Positions 47,967-56,842 of a DNA stretch of 64,000 bases are shown here, piece by piece. Numbering within the stretch: position 1 is the first letter of the stretch; every line of letters begins with the position of its first letter. Made by a program: the position numbers and the translations under genes. Source of the DNA: Chlamydiia bacterium. Its GTDB lineage: Bacteria; Chlamydiota; Chlamydiia; Chlamydiales; 2-12-FULL-49-11. The notes under the pieces are model-generated. The model was given only the letters and a program-made list of their open reading frames with translations. It was not told where the DNA came from and made no database searches. The DNA lies in NCBI GenBank assembly GCA_022601435.1, contig JAJACQ010000034.1, positions 28,688-92,687 on the forward strand, read 5' to 3'.

Positions 47967-48533
47967 TTATTTTTCTAAAGAAAGAGAGATAAGATTTGAT
48001 AGGTTTAATTTTTGAGTACTTTTCTTTAGAGCTTTTTGTACAAGGTCGTAGGCTTGTCTTTCTTTATAACCTAGAGTGACAAGTGCAGCTATTGCATCAT
48101 TAGAAAATAAAGAAGCTGTTTTAGTGGTATTTGAGCCCATTTGATCAGAAAGCTCAGTAATAATTCGTTCGGCTGTTTTTTTGCCAATACCTGGAATTTT
48201 GGTAAGGCTTAAGCTGTCTTTGCTTTTGATAATTTCTTCAAGATTCATAGTGTCGCTTTGTCCAACAATCGAAAGGGCCGTTTTTGGTCCGAGCCCTGAT
48301 ATTTTAAGGAGCTTTTCGAACATTTGTTTGTCCTCTAGTGTTTGAAAGCCAAACAGCCTTTGACTATCTTCACGCACTATATAGCTTGTATAGAGAAATA
48401 AAGAGGAGCCTTCTTTAATACATTGGGTAAATAGTGATAGCGGTGTGTGAATGAGATAGCCAATACCTAAAACATCAAGGATCACATGATCAATTTCTAG
48501 TTTTATTAAGGTTCCTTTGAAGTATGCATACAT
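47967..48533 (-). CDS. ruvA: Holliday junction branch migration complex subunit RuvA
   Basis: 'MYAYFKGTL' OB-fold start and the HhH pairs 'ISGLGPKTAL' and 'IPGIGKKTAERI'. Confidence 0.9.
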   Translation of the reverse strand: MYAYFKGTLIKLEIDHVILDVLGIGYLIHTPLSLFTQCIKEGSSLFLYTSYIVREDSQRLFGFQTLEDKQMFEKLLKISGLGPKTALSIVGQSDTMNLEEIIKSKDSLSLTKIPGIGKKTAERIITELSDQMGSNTTKTASLFSNDAIAALVTLGYKERQAYDLVQKALKKSTQKLNLSNLISLSLEK

Positions 48534-48551
48534 AGATTTAGTCTAAGGGTT

Positions 48552-49037
48552 CTACAATATTGTAGCAAGAAGTGAATTCATAAAATGGGCATGACAAAGC
48601 GCTAATGAAAGTGCATCTGCAGCATCATTTGAGATTTTTTTTCTAATGTTAAGTAAAAGATACATCATCTTTTCAACAGCTTCTTTAGGAGCTTTTCCTG
48701 ATCCTGTAACAGCCTGTTTGGCGCGAGTAGGTGTATATTCAAATACGTCAATATCATTTTGGGTAGCAGCTAAAATAGCCATTGCTCTTGCCATAGAAAT
48801 CTTTATGGCAGAGGAGGGGTTTTTGTATACAAATTGTGTTTCTATAGAAACTGCCTCTGGTTTATACTTGTGAACAATTTTCATAAGCTCTTCGAAAATA
48901 GTGTTATATTTTAAGGACAGTTTTTTTTCTTTTGGACGGATGGTCCCGCAGTCAATAAATTCATATGTATTGTTAACAATTTTAATCACGCCCCAACCGG
49001 TGCAAGCAGTTCCGGGATCTATGCCTAATATAATCAT
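48552..49037 (-). CDS. ruvC: crossover junction endodeoxyribonuclease RuvC
   Basis: 'IILGIDPGTACTGWGVI' and 'DAADALSLALCH'. Confidence 0.9.
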   Translation of the reverse strand: MIILGIDPGTACTGWGVIKIVNNTYEFIDCGTIRPKEKKLSLKYNTIFEELMKIVHKYKPEAVSIETQFVYKNPSSAIKISMARAMAILAATQNDIDVFEYTPTRAKQAVTGSGKAPKEAVEKMMYLLLNIRKKISNDAADALSLALCHAHFMNSLLATIL

Positions 49038-49123
49038 AGGGTAAGGTTACATGATTTTTGATATCTGAGTACAGATTTTTTTTGAAAATTTGATGTTTAA
49101 CTCATTTTTTTGATGAAATTAAA

Positions 49124-50860
49124 GTGTGGTTAATAGATAATTCTACCATGGAAAACAGATGTGATTCTAAGATTATCGTAAGACTTCCAGATAAATTATC
49201 TGATCTGGTAAATGCTTTACCAATCTTTTCAATCTTAAGGCAAAACTTTTTAAATAGTTCTATTACGGCTTTAATTGAGAGTAAAAATGCGTCTCTTTTA
49301 AAAGGGTTGGAAATTGATCATATTTTAGAGTTTGAAAAAAAGCCAAGATTTGCTCCTGTATTGAAAAATGGGGAAGATGTCATCACTTTTTTGCAAAAAA
49401 AAGACTATGACATTGGTATTGTTATGCCTTGGTCATTTTCTGCTTATTATTTGTTTTATCAAGGAATGGTGAAACGAAGAATTGGTTTTCACAAGCCCTT
49501 TTGTGGGTTTATGCTAACGGATATTGTCAATGAAGATTCTTATAAAGATTTGCTTACTCCTTTAAAAATTAAAGAGAGCTCTTGGGAAGTTTCTTTATTT
49601 GCAGAAAATAGAAATAGCAATGTACTACAAGTGGGAATGCAAGGTTTTTTTGATAAAAAAGGGCCTAGTATAAAATGGACTAAAGAGTTTATTCACTTTA
49701 TACTAAATGAACTTCCTTCTGCAGAAGTTATCTTGTTTGGAAATACCAAAAATAAGAAAATTGCCTTAGAGTTTTTAGATAATTTTCCGAAAAGGGTGTC
49801 TTTTCTTTCTACAAATTTATCGTTACCGAAGAAGGTTAACGCTATTTCTTCTTTAAGTGTTTTGGTTGCAAAAGATCGAGATTTACTGTCACTTACCAAA
49901 GGGCTAAATACTGCAAAGGTGGACTTATCTGAGCTTGTAACTAGTCAAGGTTTACTTGTTGAGGATATGTTTTTAAAAATAAGAGAGGCTCTGCTTGATT
50001 CTTTAAAAAATACATCTGAAATGGCTAACTTTAGCGAATACGAGCCTATTGAAAGTGGAGTTGTTTCTGTTTCAAATCGTATAAAGGAAGATAAGAAGAT
50101 TGGTGTTATTATTTTAGCAGGTGGCATGGGAAGGCGTTTAGGTTTCGATAAGCCAAAAGGATTTTTGTCTTTGGGGAATCAAACGCTATATGATATTTTA
50201 CTCAAAAAAGCAGACGGTGCTGATAAAATAGGAATTTTGACATCTCCTATCACATTTGAAAAAACATGGGACTATATTAAAGATAAGAAAGTAGATCTTT
50301 TTACTAAAAAAGCTTATCCAACTGAATGTGGAAGTGGTGTAAGCCCTGAAGGTAATGGTGCTTTGTTTGAGGCAGTTGTTTATTCAAGGTTTTGGAATGA
50401 ATGGAAAGATTTAGATCTTATTTCAGTCATTGCTATTGATAATCCCTTAGCTGATCCTTTAGATGCAGAGCTTTTATCTACGCAGAAGGAACTTGCAGTA
50501 ATAGGTGTTGGACGCGATAAAAATGAAGAGAAGTTAGGGGTGTTGTGTAAAAAGGGCAAATCCTTAGCGGTTAGGGAATATTTTACGTTGAAAAAAGATG
50601 GTATGGAAGGTCTTGGATACAGCGGAAGTTTTGCAGCAAAGCCAAAATTTTTTGAAGCTGTAGCAAAAGAAAGTTTGCCATTTTATCGAGTGAAAAAAAA
50701 GCAGCAGGTGTTCTTCGAGCGATTGTTGATTGATGGCTTTAGCTATGCAGAAGATTTTGATGTAATAGAAAAGGAAAGAAGCAAATGCTTTTTCCCAATT
50801 AAAGAAAAAAAAGATGTATTCAATTATTGTAAATTACAGGGCATTGGAGGGAGTAAATGA
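49124..50860 (+). CDS. two-domain protein: degenerate GT9 (heptosyltransferase-like) N-domain fused to eukaryotic-type UDP-sugar pyrophosphorylase (UDPGP/UAP family)
   Basis: N-domain 'IIVRLPDKLSDLVNALPIFSILRQNF' is GT9-like. C-domain: 'ILAGGMGRRLGFDKPKG', 'SPEGNGALFEAV' and 'AIDNPLADPLD' match the UDPGP motifs LAGGxGTRLG..PKG, PdGnGg and vDN.L....DP. An alternative ATG is at 49148. Confidence 0.65.
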   Translation: MWLIDNSTMENRCDSKIIVRLPDKLSDLVNALPIFSILRQNFLNSSITALIESKNASLLKGLEIDHILEFEKKPRFAPVLKNGEDVITFLQKKDYDIGIVMPWSFSAYYLFYQGMVKRRIGFHKPFCGFMLTDIVNEDSYKDLLTPLKIKESSWEVSLFAENRNSNVLQVGMQGFFDKKGPSIKWTKEFIHFILNELPSAEVILFGNTKNKKIALEFLDNFPKRVSFLSTNLSLPKKVNAISSLSVLVAKDRDLLSLTKGLNTAKVDLSELVTSQGLLVEDMFLKIREALLDSLKNTSEMANFSEYEPIESGVVSVSNRIKEDKKIGVIILAGGMGRRLGFDKPKGFLSLGNQTLYDILLKKADGADKIGILTSPITFEKTWDYIKDKKVDLFTKKAYPTECGSGVSPEGNGALFEAVVYSRFWNEWKDLDLISVIAIDNPLADPLDAELLSTQKELAVIGVGRDKNEEKLGVLCKKGKSLAVREYFTLKKDGMEGLGYSGSFAAKPKFFEAVAKESLPFYRVKKKQQVFFERLLIDGFSYAEDFDVIEKERSKCFFPIKEKKDVFNYCKLQGIGGSK

Positions 50861-51846
50861 AAGTAGGTTTTTTAGGAAGTGGAATTTGGGGAATGGCGCT
50901 TGTAAGTCTTTTGATTAAGAATAATCATGAGGTTTTAATTTGGTCTATAGAAGAGGATGTCCTTGATCATTTGCAGAAAGAAAAAAGGCATCCAAAGTTT
51001 AAAAAAGCTGTTTTTAACGATTTGGTGAACACGACAAAAAATATTAATGATATAAAAGAGTGTGATGTAGTTATTGAGTGTGTCACTGCCAAGGGTTTAA
51101 GAAGTGTGTTAAGTCTTTTATGTATGAAAGAAAAGCTTGAAAAACCTTTTATACTCTCTTCAAAAGGTATTGAAACTCATACAGGTGAGATTCTTTCTGA
51201 GATTGCAGAAGAAATTCTAGGGAAAGAGGCTTTGATTGGAATTTTAAGTGGTCCTACTCTTGCTGATGAGGTGCTTTCAAATCATCCAACTTGTGCAGTA
51301 GCTGGTTCAAGGCATGAAAAAGTTCAAAGTTTAATTAAAGATCTATTTGAGAGTGAGCATTTTAACGTTCAGAGTTCATATGATCTTCATGGAGTTGCTT
51401 TAGGTGGCGCAATGAAGAATGTTATCGCAATAGCTTGTGGTATGTCTGCAGGCTTAAATTTAGGTTATAATACAACCGCTATGTTGTTAACCAAAGGGCT
51501 TCAAGAGCTTAAGAAGATGGCTGTCATTAAAGGTTGTAAAGAAGAAACAATGAATACTTTATCTGGATTAGGTGATTTAATTGTAACAGGCGTCTCTCCT
51601 TTGTCCCGTAACTTCAGATTTGGAAAGCATTTAGGTGAAGGACTTGGTGCTGATGAAGCAAAAAAGGAAATAGGAATGGTCGTTGAAGGCGAATATACTG
51701 TTAAAGCTGCTTATGCTTTAATGGTAGAGTCAGATATGGATCTTCCTATTACTAAGTGTGTTTATAATGTTCTAAATAGTAATATGTTGCCCATGGAGGC
51801 AATAAAAAAGATCTTGCATTGTTATCATGAAGTGCAAAGTGCTTGA
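50857..51846 (+). CDS. gpsA: NAD(P)H-dependent glycerol-3-phosphate dehydrogenase
   Basis: 'VGFLGSGIWGMAL' Rossmann motif, and 'GLGDLIVTGVSPLSRNFRFG'. Confidence 0.92.
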   Translation: MKVGFLGSGIWGMALVSLLIKNNHEVLIWSIEEDVLDHLQKEKRHPKFKKAVFNDLVNTTKNINDIKECDVVIECVTAKGLRSVLSLLCMKEKLEKPFILSSKGIETHTGEILSEIAEEILGKEALIGILSGPTLADEVLSNHPTCAVAGSRHEKVQSLIKDLFESEHFNVQSSYDLHGVALGGAMKNVIAIACGMSAGLNLGYNTTAMLLTKGLQELKKMAVIKGCKEETMNTLSGLGDLIVTGVSPLSRNFRFGKHLGEGLGADEAKKEIGMVVEGEYTVKAAYALMVESDMDLPITKCVYNVLNSNMLPMEAIKKILHCYHEVQSA

Positions 51847-53368
51847 GAAAAACCCTTTTTTTTGTAAATTCAATAAAAAAGGGTTATACTTGAGATCTTC
51901 TGATCATAAAACATCTTTAGTCGGCGAAAAAATCGTATCCGCTTCTGGTATGGCTGCGTATGAGAAAATCCTTATTCAAAAAGAACCTGGTCTATCAGAA
52001 ATATATATGGATGCAGCAGCCCTTGGGATGTTTCATTGTTTAGAAAAGAGTGTTTTGTCTCAATTTGAGTTTTCAAAAGTAATTTTATTGGTGGGAAAAG
52101 GTAATAATGGAGGGGATGCTTTTGCTCTAGGCGCTTTATTCTTAAAAGCTGGGTATCAGGTGATAGCATTTCAAATTTCTGAAACGCTTTCAGATTTATC
52201 TTCCAAAAAAGCAGCGGCCTTTGATAAAGAGGGGGGCAAAAGATATATATTAAAAGAAGCAGATCATATCAAAGTTGCTAAAGATGATTTGATTATAGAT
52301 GGACTGTTAGGTACTGGATTTAAAGGTATAGTGAAAGATCTTTTAGCTAGTGTCATTGAAAAGGTTAATAAACAAGAAGCATTTATATTTTCTATAGATA
52401 TCCCTTCAGGAGTAAATGGCAATACTGGAAAAGTTGAAAAAAGTGCCATTTTTGCTGATATGACCGCTTATTTAGGAGCTTTAAAAGTGGGTCATCTTTT
52501 TGAAGATGGTATTGAGCATGTGGGTCAACTATCCTATGTTGATTTTGGAATGAATATTCAGGGTCTTGTAGAAAAGATGTCGCTTGCAAATTATGAAGCA
52601 CTCGATTGTAATCTTCCAAAGCGCAAAAAAAAAGATCATAAATATAGTGTGGGGAAAGTAATTATCATTGCCGGAAGTAAATCCATGCCAGGAGCTGCTT
52701 TCCTTGCAACAAACGCAGCTTTACGCTCCGGTGCTGGTTTAGTAAGACACTTTACTTCTGCAAACAACCCTCACTTGATTCCTGAAGTGATATCTTCGAA
52801 TATTGATTTTGAGAAGATTGATGAAGAGCTGAAAAATACAAAAGCGTTACTTATTGGTCCAGGTTTGGGAAGGTCAGAAGAGGCAAAAAAAATTGTTCAA
52901 CACATTTCTCAATTATCAAACATCCCCCTTGTTGTGGATGCAGATGCTTTATTTTTGTTAAAATATGTACCCGAAAAAAGTGTATTAACTCCTCATCGAG
53001 GTGAACTTATAAGGTTATTAGAAACAGAAAAAGATGTTAGTGATGAAAAGCTTTTGGAAGAGGCTGAAAAGTATGTTAAAAAGCATAAGGTTATCATTGT
53101 TTGGAAGGGAATGCCTACTGTAATTGTTACACATACGCAAAAGCCCATTTGTCTTGTGTCTGGAAATCCTGGAATGGCAACAGCTGGATCTGGCGATGTT
53201 TTAGCTGGAATCCTAGTTTCATTTTTAGGACAGGGATTAGAGGCAAAAGAAGCTGCTGTTTTAGCCGTAATGGCTCATGGAAGGGCGGGAGATATTGCGA
53301 TGAATAACAATTCTATGCGCTCTATGATCGCTGGTGACATAATTGATTCTTTAAAACATGTTCTATAG
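51827..53368 (+). CDS. nnr: bifunctional NAD(P)H-hydrate repair enzyme (epimerase/ADP-dependent dehydratase)
   Basis: YjeF-N 'GKGNNGGDAFALG' and the C-terminal kinase-like 'GSGDVLAGI'. The true start may be internal (for example the Met at nt ~51950). Confidence 0.85.
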   Translation: MKCKVLEKNPFFCKFNKKGLYLRSSDHKTSLVGEKIVSASGMAAYEKILIQKEPGLSEIYMDAAALGMFHCLEKSVLSQFEFSKVILLVGKGNNGGDAFALGALFLKAGYQVIAFQISETLSDLSSKKAAAFDKEGGKRYILKEADHIKVAKDDLIIDGLLGTGFKGIVKDLLASVIEKVNKQEAFIFSIDIPSGVNGNTGKVEKSAIFADMTAYLGALKVGHLFEDGIEHVGQLSYVDFGMNIQGLVEKMSLANYEALDCNLPKRKKKDHKYSVGKVIIIAGSKSMPGAAFLATNAALRSGAGLVRHFTSANNPHLIPEVISSNIDFEKIDEELKNTKALLIGPGLGRSEEAKKIVQHISQLSNIPLVVDADALFLLKYVPEKSVLTPHRGELIRLLETEKDVSDEKLLEEAEKYVKKHKVIIVWKGMPTVIVTHTQKPICLVSGNPGMATAGSGDVLAGILVSFLGQGLEAKEAAVLAVMAHGRAGDIAMNNNSMRSMIAGDIIDSLKHVL

Positions 53369-53441
53369 TATTACTATCTGTAAAAGTTATAATTAAATTC
53401 GATAATGTTAGAATTAGAATTATTTGATTTTCTGTAATCTT

Positions 53442-56400
53442 TTAGTGTTCTTCGTTACTTAGGATTTCGTGCCATTTATGAATAACAGAGGCAGCAAGAG
53501 GAGCTGCTTCTTTTCCGTGGTTTCCGAAGTTTAGTTGAACTACGACTACTAAATCTGGATTTTTGAAATGCGTGGTATCATCAAAAGAGATGGCTGTAAA
53601 CCATATGTTTTTTGTAATAATAGGAGCTTGTTGTCTGTCTATGGTGGGATTATAAGCAATCTCTGCGGTCGAAGTTTTACCGGCCATATTTTCCATGACG
53701 GATTTATAGATTGATCGTTTATAGGGGCTTGTAAGAAGGGATCCGATAGCAGAGGCCCGTGCAGTTCCTTTACTGCTATTTACCACGTTATAAAGACTCT
53801 GCATTAAGGTACGGTGAACAGGTTCAGGAATTGCAATTTTTCTTTTTAGTTCCTTCTTACAAGTTTTAATATAGGGCGTATCAGATCCTGTTTCACCTTC
53901 CGGAAATAGAGGGAAGAAAATACCAATATTTTTAAATTGATTTTCGTAATTAATAGATTTTTTGAATAGAGCATCAGTAGGATTTTTTGCAGGTTCAATA
54001 TTCGCAATGGCTTTAATTATTTGTGGCTTAAGAAGATCTCCTCCTAGTGCAAGTGTGCTCAAGGCTGATGCTGTTTGTAAGGGCGTCACTATTAAGGAGT
54101 GTTGTCCTATTGCAAAAGAGTATAAAGATGTTTTATTTGTCAAAATATCTGTGGGTATTGATCCTTTTGCCTCATAGGGAAGTTCTATATTTGTTCTTTC
54201 TCCAAATCCTAGTTCTTTTGCCGTGGTGATCAGTGTTTCGGGATTTTTAATAACATTAGAAGCAAGTAATGAGTAATATAAATTAGAAGATTTTTCCATG
54301 GCTCCCATAAAATCAACTTTACCAATATTTTGGTGACCTCTTGGTAATCGACCCCCTTTATAGATCCTTTTAATTGGTGTATAATCTGTATAATAGCCTA
54401 AAACGGAGTCAGATGTGAGCTTTGTGTTATATGAAGGGGATTTGTCGATGATTGTCATCGGATTGAGAGGAAAAGAAAGGTTTTCTTTTGATTCAAAGTG
54501 ATTCATCAAGGCTTCAAAACCAATAAAGAGTTTAAAGCTTGACCCTAAGGGCATGTTATCAACAAAGGCATGGGATTTTGAAAAACTAAATCCATTACCA
54601 GGATAAAAAGCGCGAGCAAGATCTTTTTCTGTGGGATTTTTTCCCGACTTATAAAGGAAATAATATTTTCCGTAGAGAGGGCGGTTTAATTCTTTAAAAG
54701 AGCGCATGGTTTTGATGTAGGGGATGATTTGCTTTTCAGAGAGCTTTTCAAGATGTGCCTTTAGTTTCACGTATGATGAATCGGTGTTATTTAAGCTTTT
54801 TTCTATGAGTGCTTGAAAATAGGGCAAACGAATATCATTTTCTGCAATGGGTGCTCCGATTGTTAAGTATGCGGCAATAAATTCCCATTTGTTTACAGAA
54901 AAGAATTGTTCAAAGAGTTTTTTTTCCATCTCTTCTAAATAAGAAACATATGGTTTAGCGGGGCGTTTTTTTTGTCTTTCTTCTGCGCGTTTACTCTTGA
55001 GGTAGTCTTTGAAGTAGTCTCTTCGCCAGTCTGCAAATTCAATTCTTCTAAAAACTTTTTTTGTAATCTCCAAAACTTCTGACTCAACTAAATATTTAGC
55101 GTTACAAAACTCTTTGTATGTGGCAAGAGATTCTTTACCAGTTTCTGCAAGAAGCGAATCATCAAATAGGTGATTTGGACAAAAGACTCTTAAAATATCT
55201 AAAAGTAAAATTTTATCATCATTTTTTTGGATATCCTTAAAAAAAGGATCAATTTCTTTTCTTATTTCATCTAAAAGGGACGTCTTAGCGTTTATCTTTT
55301 GAAGAATTTCTTTTTGCTTATCTTTGCCCGTATTAAAAAAAGTAAGAGAATGTCTTTTTGTCCTGTATAAAGAATCCATAAGTGAATGCATTTGGGTTTC
55401 TTCAGAAAGTGTAAGGAGCATTTCCATGCAATTTTGTATGAAGTTAGCATTATGGATATTCTTAATTTTATAGATGGCTTCTTTTACTTTTGACTTCTTT
55501 GAAAGGATAGTTTTAAGGTAGGTATCAAAGCTTAATTCTTGAGTAATGTGATCCCATTTTTCTGTGGTAATATTGTACACATCTTTTTCGAGTAGATATT
55601 TACCATCAAAAATTTGAGCGATATAGGATGGTGTTTCAAGCCACTTCAGAGCGTTTTCTTTATTCCCTGATGAAAAGTCATTGGGATCAAAAGTTGGATA
55701 CGAAGCCATTGCTACAATTTCTCCTGTATCTGGAATCATAGCTATGATTGAACCTCCTGAAATCCAGGGAGTAGGTATTTGATTGTGATGCTTTCCTGCT
55801 CTTTCAAATCCATCCATCCTAATTTTTTCACTATCTGCTAAAAGCTTTTCGCAGTGATCTTGCAATTCTGATGAAACTGTTAGTAAAATACGCCTGCCAG
55901 GCGTTTCTTTGTATGACTCAGGAAGTTTACATCGTCTATTTCCTTTGTGATCTACTAAAAAGAAATCTTTCCCTATGGCACCTTTTAGTTCTTTATCAAA
56001 AACTTTTTCAATACCACTTTTCCCTACTTGAGAGTGAATTGTGTATGAACGATTGATTAAATAACGCAAATCATCTTGGCATTGCTTCAATGAGGAGTAG
56101 CCTTTTGGAAGTGGCGTTACAATGTTATTTTTTTGATTTTCTATGTACTCTTTTAAGGTGTTTATTTTAGTTTTTATGTTTAAGTGTTCTTTTTCATTTA
56201 TAGCCCCCATGTAACCTAAGAGATGAGAGCACGGTTTTGCATTTGGATAAGTTCGATGGCTACTTATTTGCATGTAAAGACCAGGGTGGCTGAGTTCTTT
56301 CATCTTAAGGGCATAAAATATATCCTCGGAAACATTTTTTTGTAGTACAAAGGGGGTGTTTGGAAATAATGTAGCTTTGCTATAGATTAAATCTTCAATA

Positions 56401-56762
56401 GCTTGAAAATCTTTGTCACAATAATCTGCTAAAAAAAGCGAAAGCTTTTCAATGGCTTCTTTTCTTGGATAAATAGGCTTTTTGCCTTTTTGAAAAATTC
56501 TTCTTGGAAGAGTTTTAATAGGATCGTAAAGCACGGTAATGTTATATGAGATAGTGTTGATAGCTAAGGGTTTGTTAAAACGATCTCTAATAGTCCCGCG
56601 ATTTGGAGTCTTGATAATTGTTTTAAGAGCGAACCGCTTGGCTTCTTTTATATGGAAGTCGTGCTTGATGATCGCCAAATAATAGACACGAAGGCCGAAA
56701 AGTAAAAAAACGCTTCCTAAAATAAATAAAAGGCGCCGTATTTGAAAAGAAATATCCCTCAT
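53442..56762 (-). CDS. mrdA: penicillin-binding protein 2 (class B transpeptidase), long chlamydial-type form
   Basis: An N-terminal anchor plus 'NRGTIRDRFNKPLA'. The SxxK motif is 'GSSFK', SxN is 'SSN' and KTG-like is 'GKTSTAE'. The 1106-aa length implies large insertions. Confidence 0.85.
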   Translation of the reverse strand: MRDISFQIRRLLFILGSVFLLFGLRVYYLAIIKHDFHIKEAKRFALKTIIKTPNRGTIRDRFNKPLAINTISYNITVLYDPIKTLPRRIFQKGKKPIYPRKEAIEKLSLFLADYCDKDFQAIEDLIYSKATLFPNTPFVLQKNVSEDIFYALKMKELSHPGLYMQISSHRTYPNAKPCSHLLGYMGAINEKEHLNIKTKINTLKEYIENQKNNIVTPLPKGYSSLKQCQDDLRYLINRSYTIHSQVGKSGIEKVFDKELKGAIGKDFFLVDHKGNRRCKLPESYKETPGRRILLTVSSELQDHCEKLLADSEKIRMDGFERAGKHHNQIPTPWISGGSIIAMIPDTGEIVAMASYPTFDPNDFSSGNKENALKWLETPSYIAQIFDGKYLLEKDVYNITTEKWDHITQELSFDTYLKTILSKKSKVKEAIYKIKNIHNANFIQNCMEMLLTLSEETQMHSLMDSLYRTKRHSLTFFNTGKDKQKEILQKINAKTSLLDEIRKEIDPFFKDIQKNDDKILLLDILRVFCPNHLFDDSLLAETGKESLATYKEFCNAKYLVESEVLEITKKVFRRIEFADWRRDYFKDYLKSKRAEERQKKRPAKPYVSYLEEMEKKLFEQFFSVNKWEFIAAYLTIGAPIAENDIRLPYFQALIEKSLNNTDSSYVKLKAHLEKLSEKQIIPYIKTMRSFKELNRPLYGKYYFLYKSGKNPTEKDLARAFYPGNGFSFSKSHAFVDNMPLGSSFKLFIGFEALMNHFESKENLSFPLNPMTIIDKSPSYNTKLTSDSVLGYYTDYTPIKRIYKGGRLPRGHQNIGKVDFMGAMEKSSNLYYSLLASNVIKNPETLITTAKELGFGERTNIELPYEAKGSIPTDILTNKTSLYSFAIGQHSLIVTPLQTASALSTLALGGDLLKPQIIKAIANIEPAKNPTDALFKKSINYENQFKNIGIFFPLFPEGETGSDTPYIKTCKKELKRKIAIPEPVHRTLMQSLYNVVNSSKGTARASAIGSLLTSPYKRSIYKSVMENMAGKTSTAEIAYNPTIDRQQAPIITKNIWFTAISFDDTTHFKNPDLVVVVQLNFGNHGKEAAPLAASVIHKWHEILSNEEH

Positions 56763-56799
56763 AAGTATTACTATAAAGGGAGAGAAATTTTTTGACCCT

Positions 56800-56824
56800 A
56801 AAAAAGGGAAGAAAAATTCTTCCC
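56800..56824 (-). terminator. Rho-independent terminator between the acidic-repeat gene and pbp2
   Basis: On the minus strand GGGAAGAA-uuu-UUCUUCCC (8-bp stem) is followed by TTTTTT (complement of A56800-56805). Confidence 0.7.
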
Positions 56825-56842
56825 CTTTCTAGTAACAAAATT

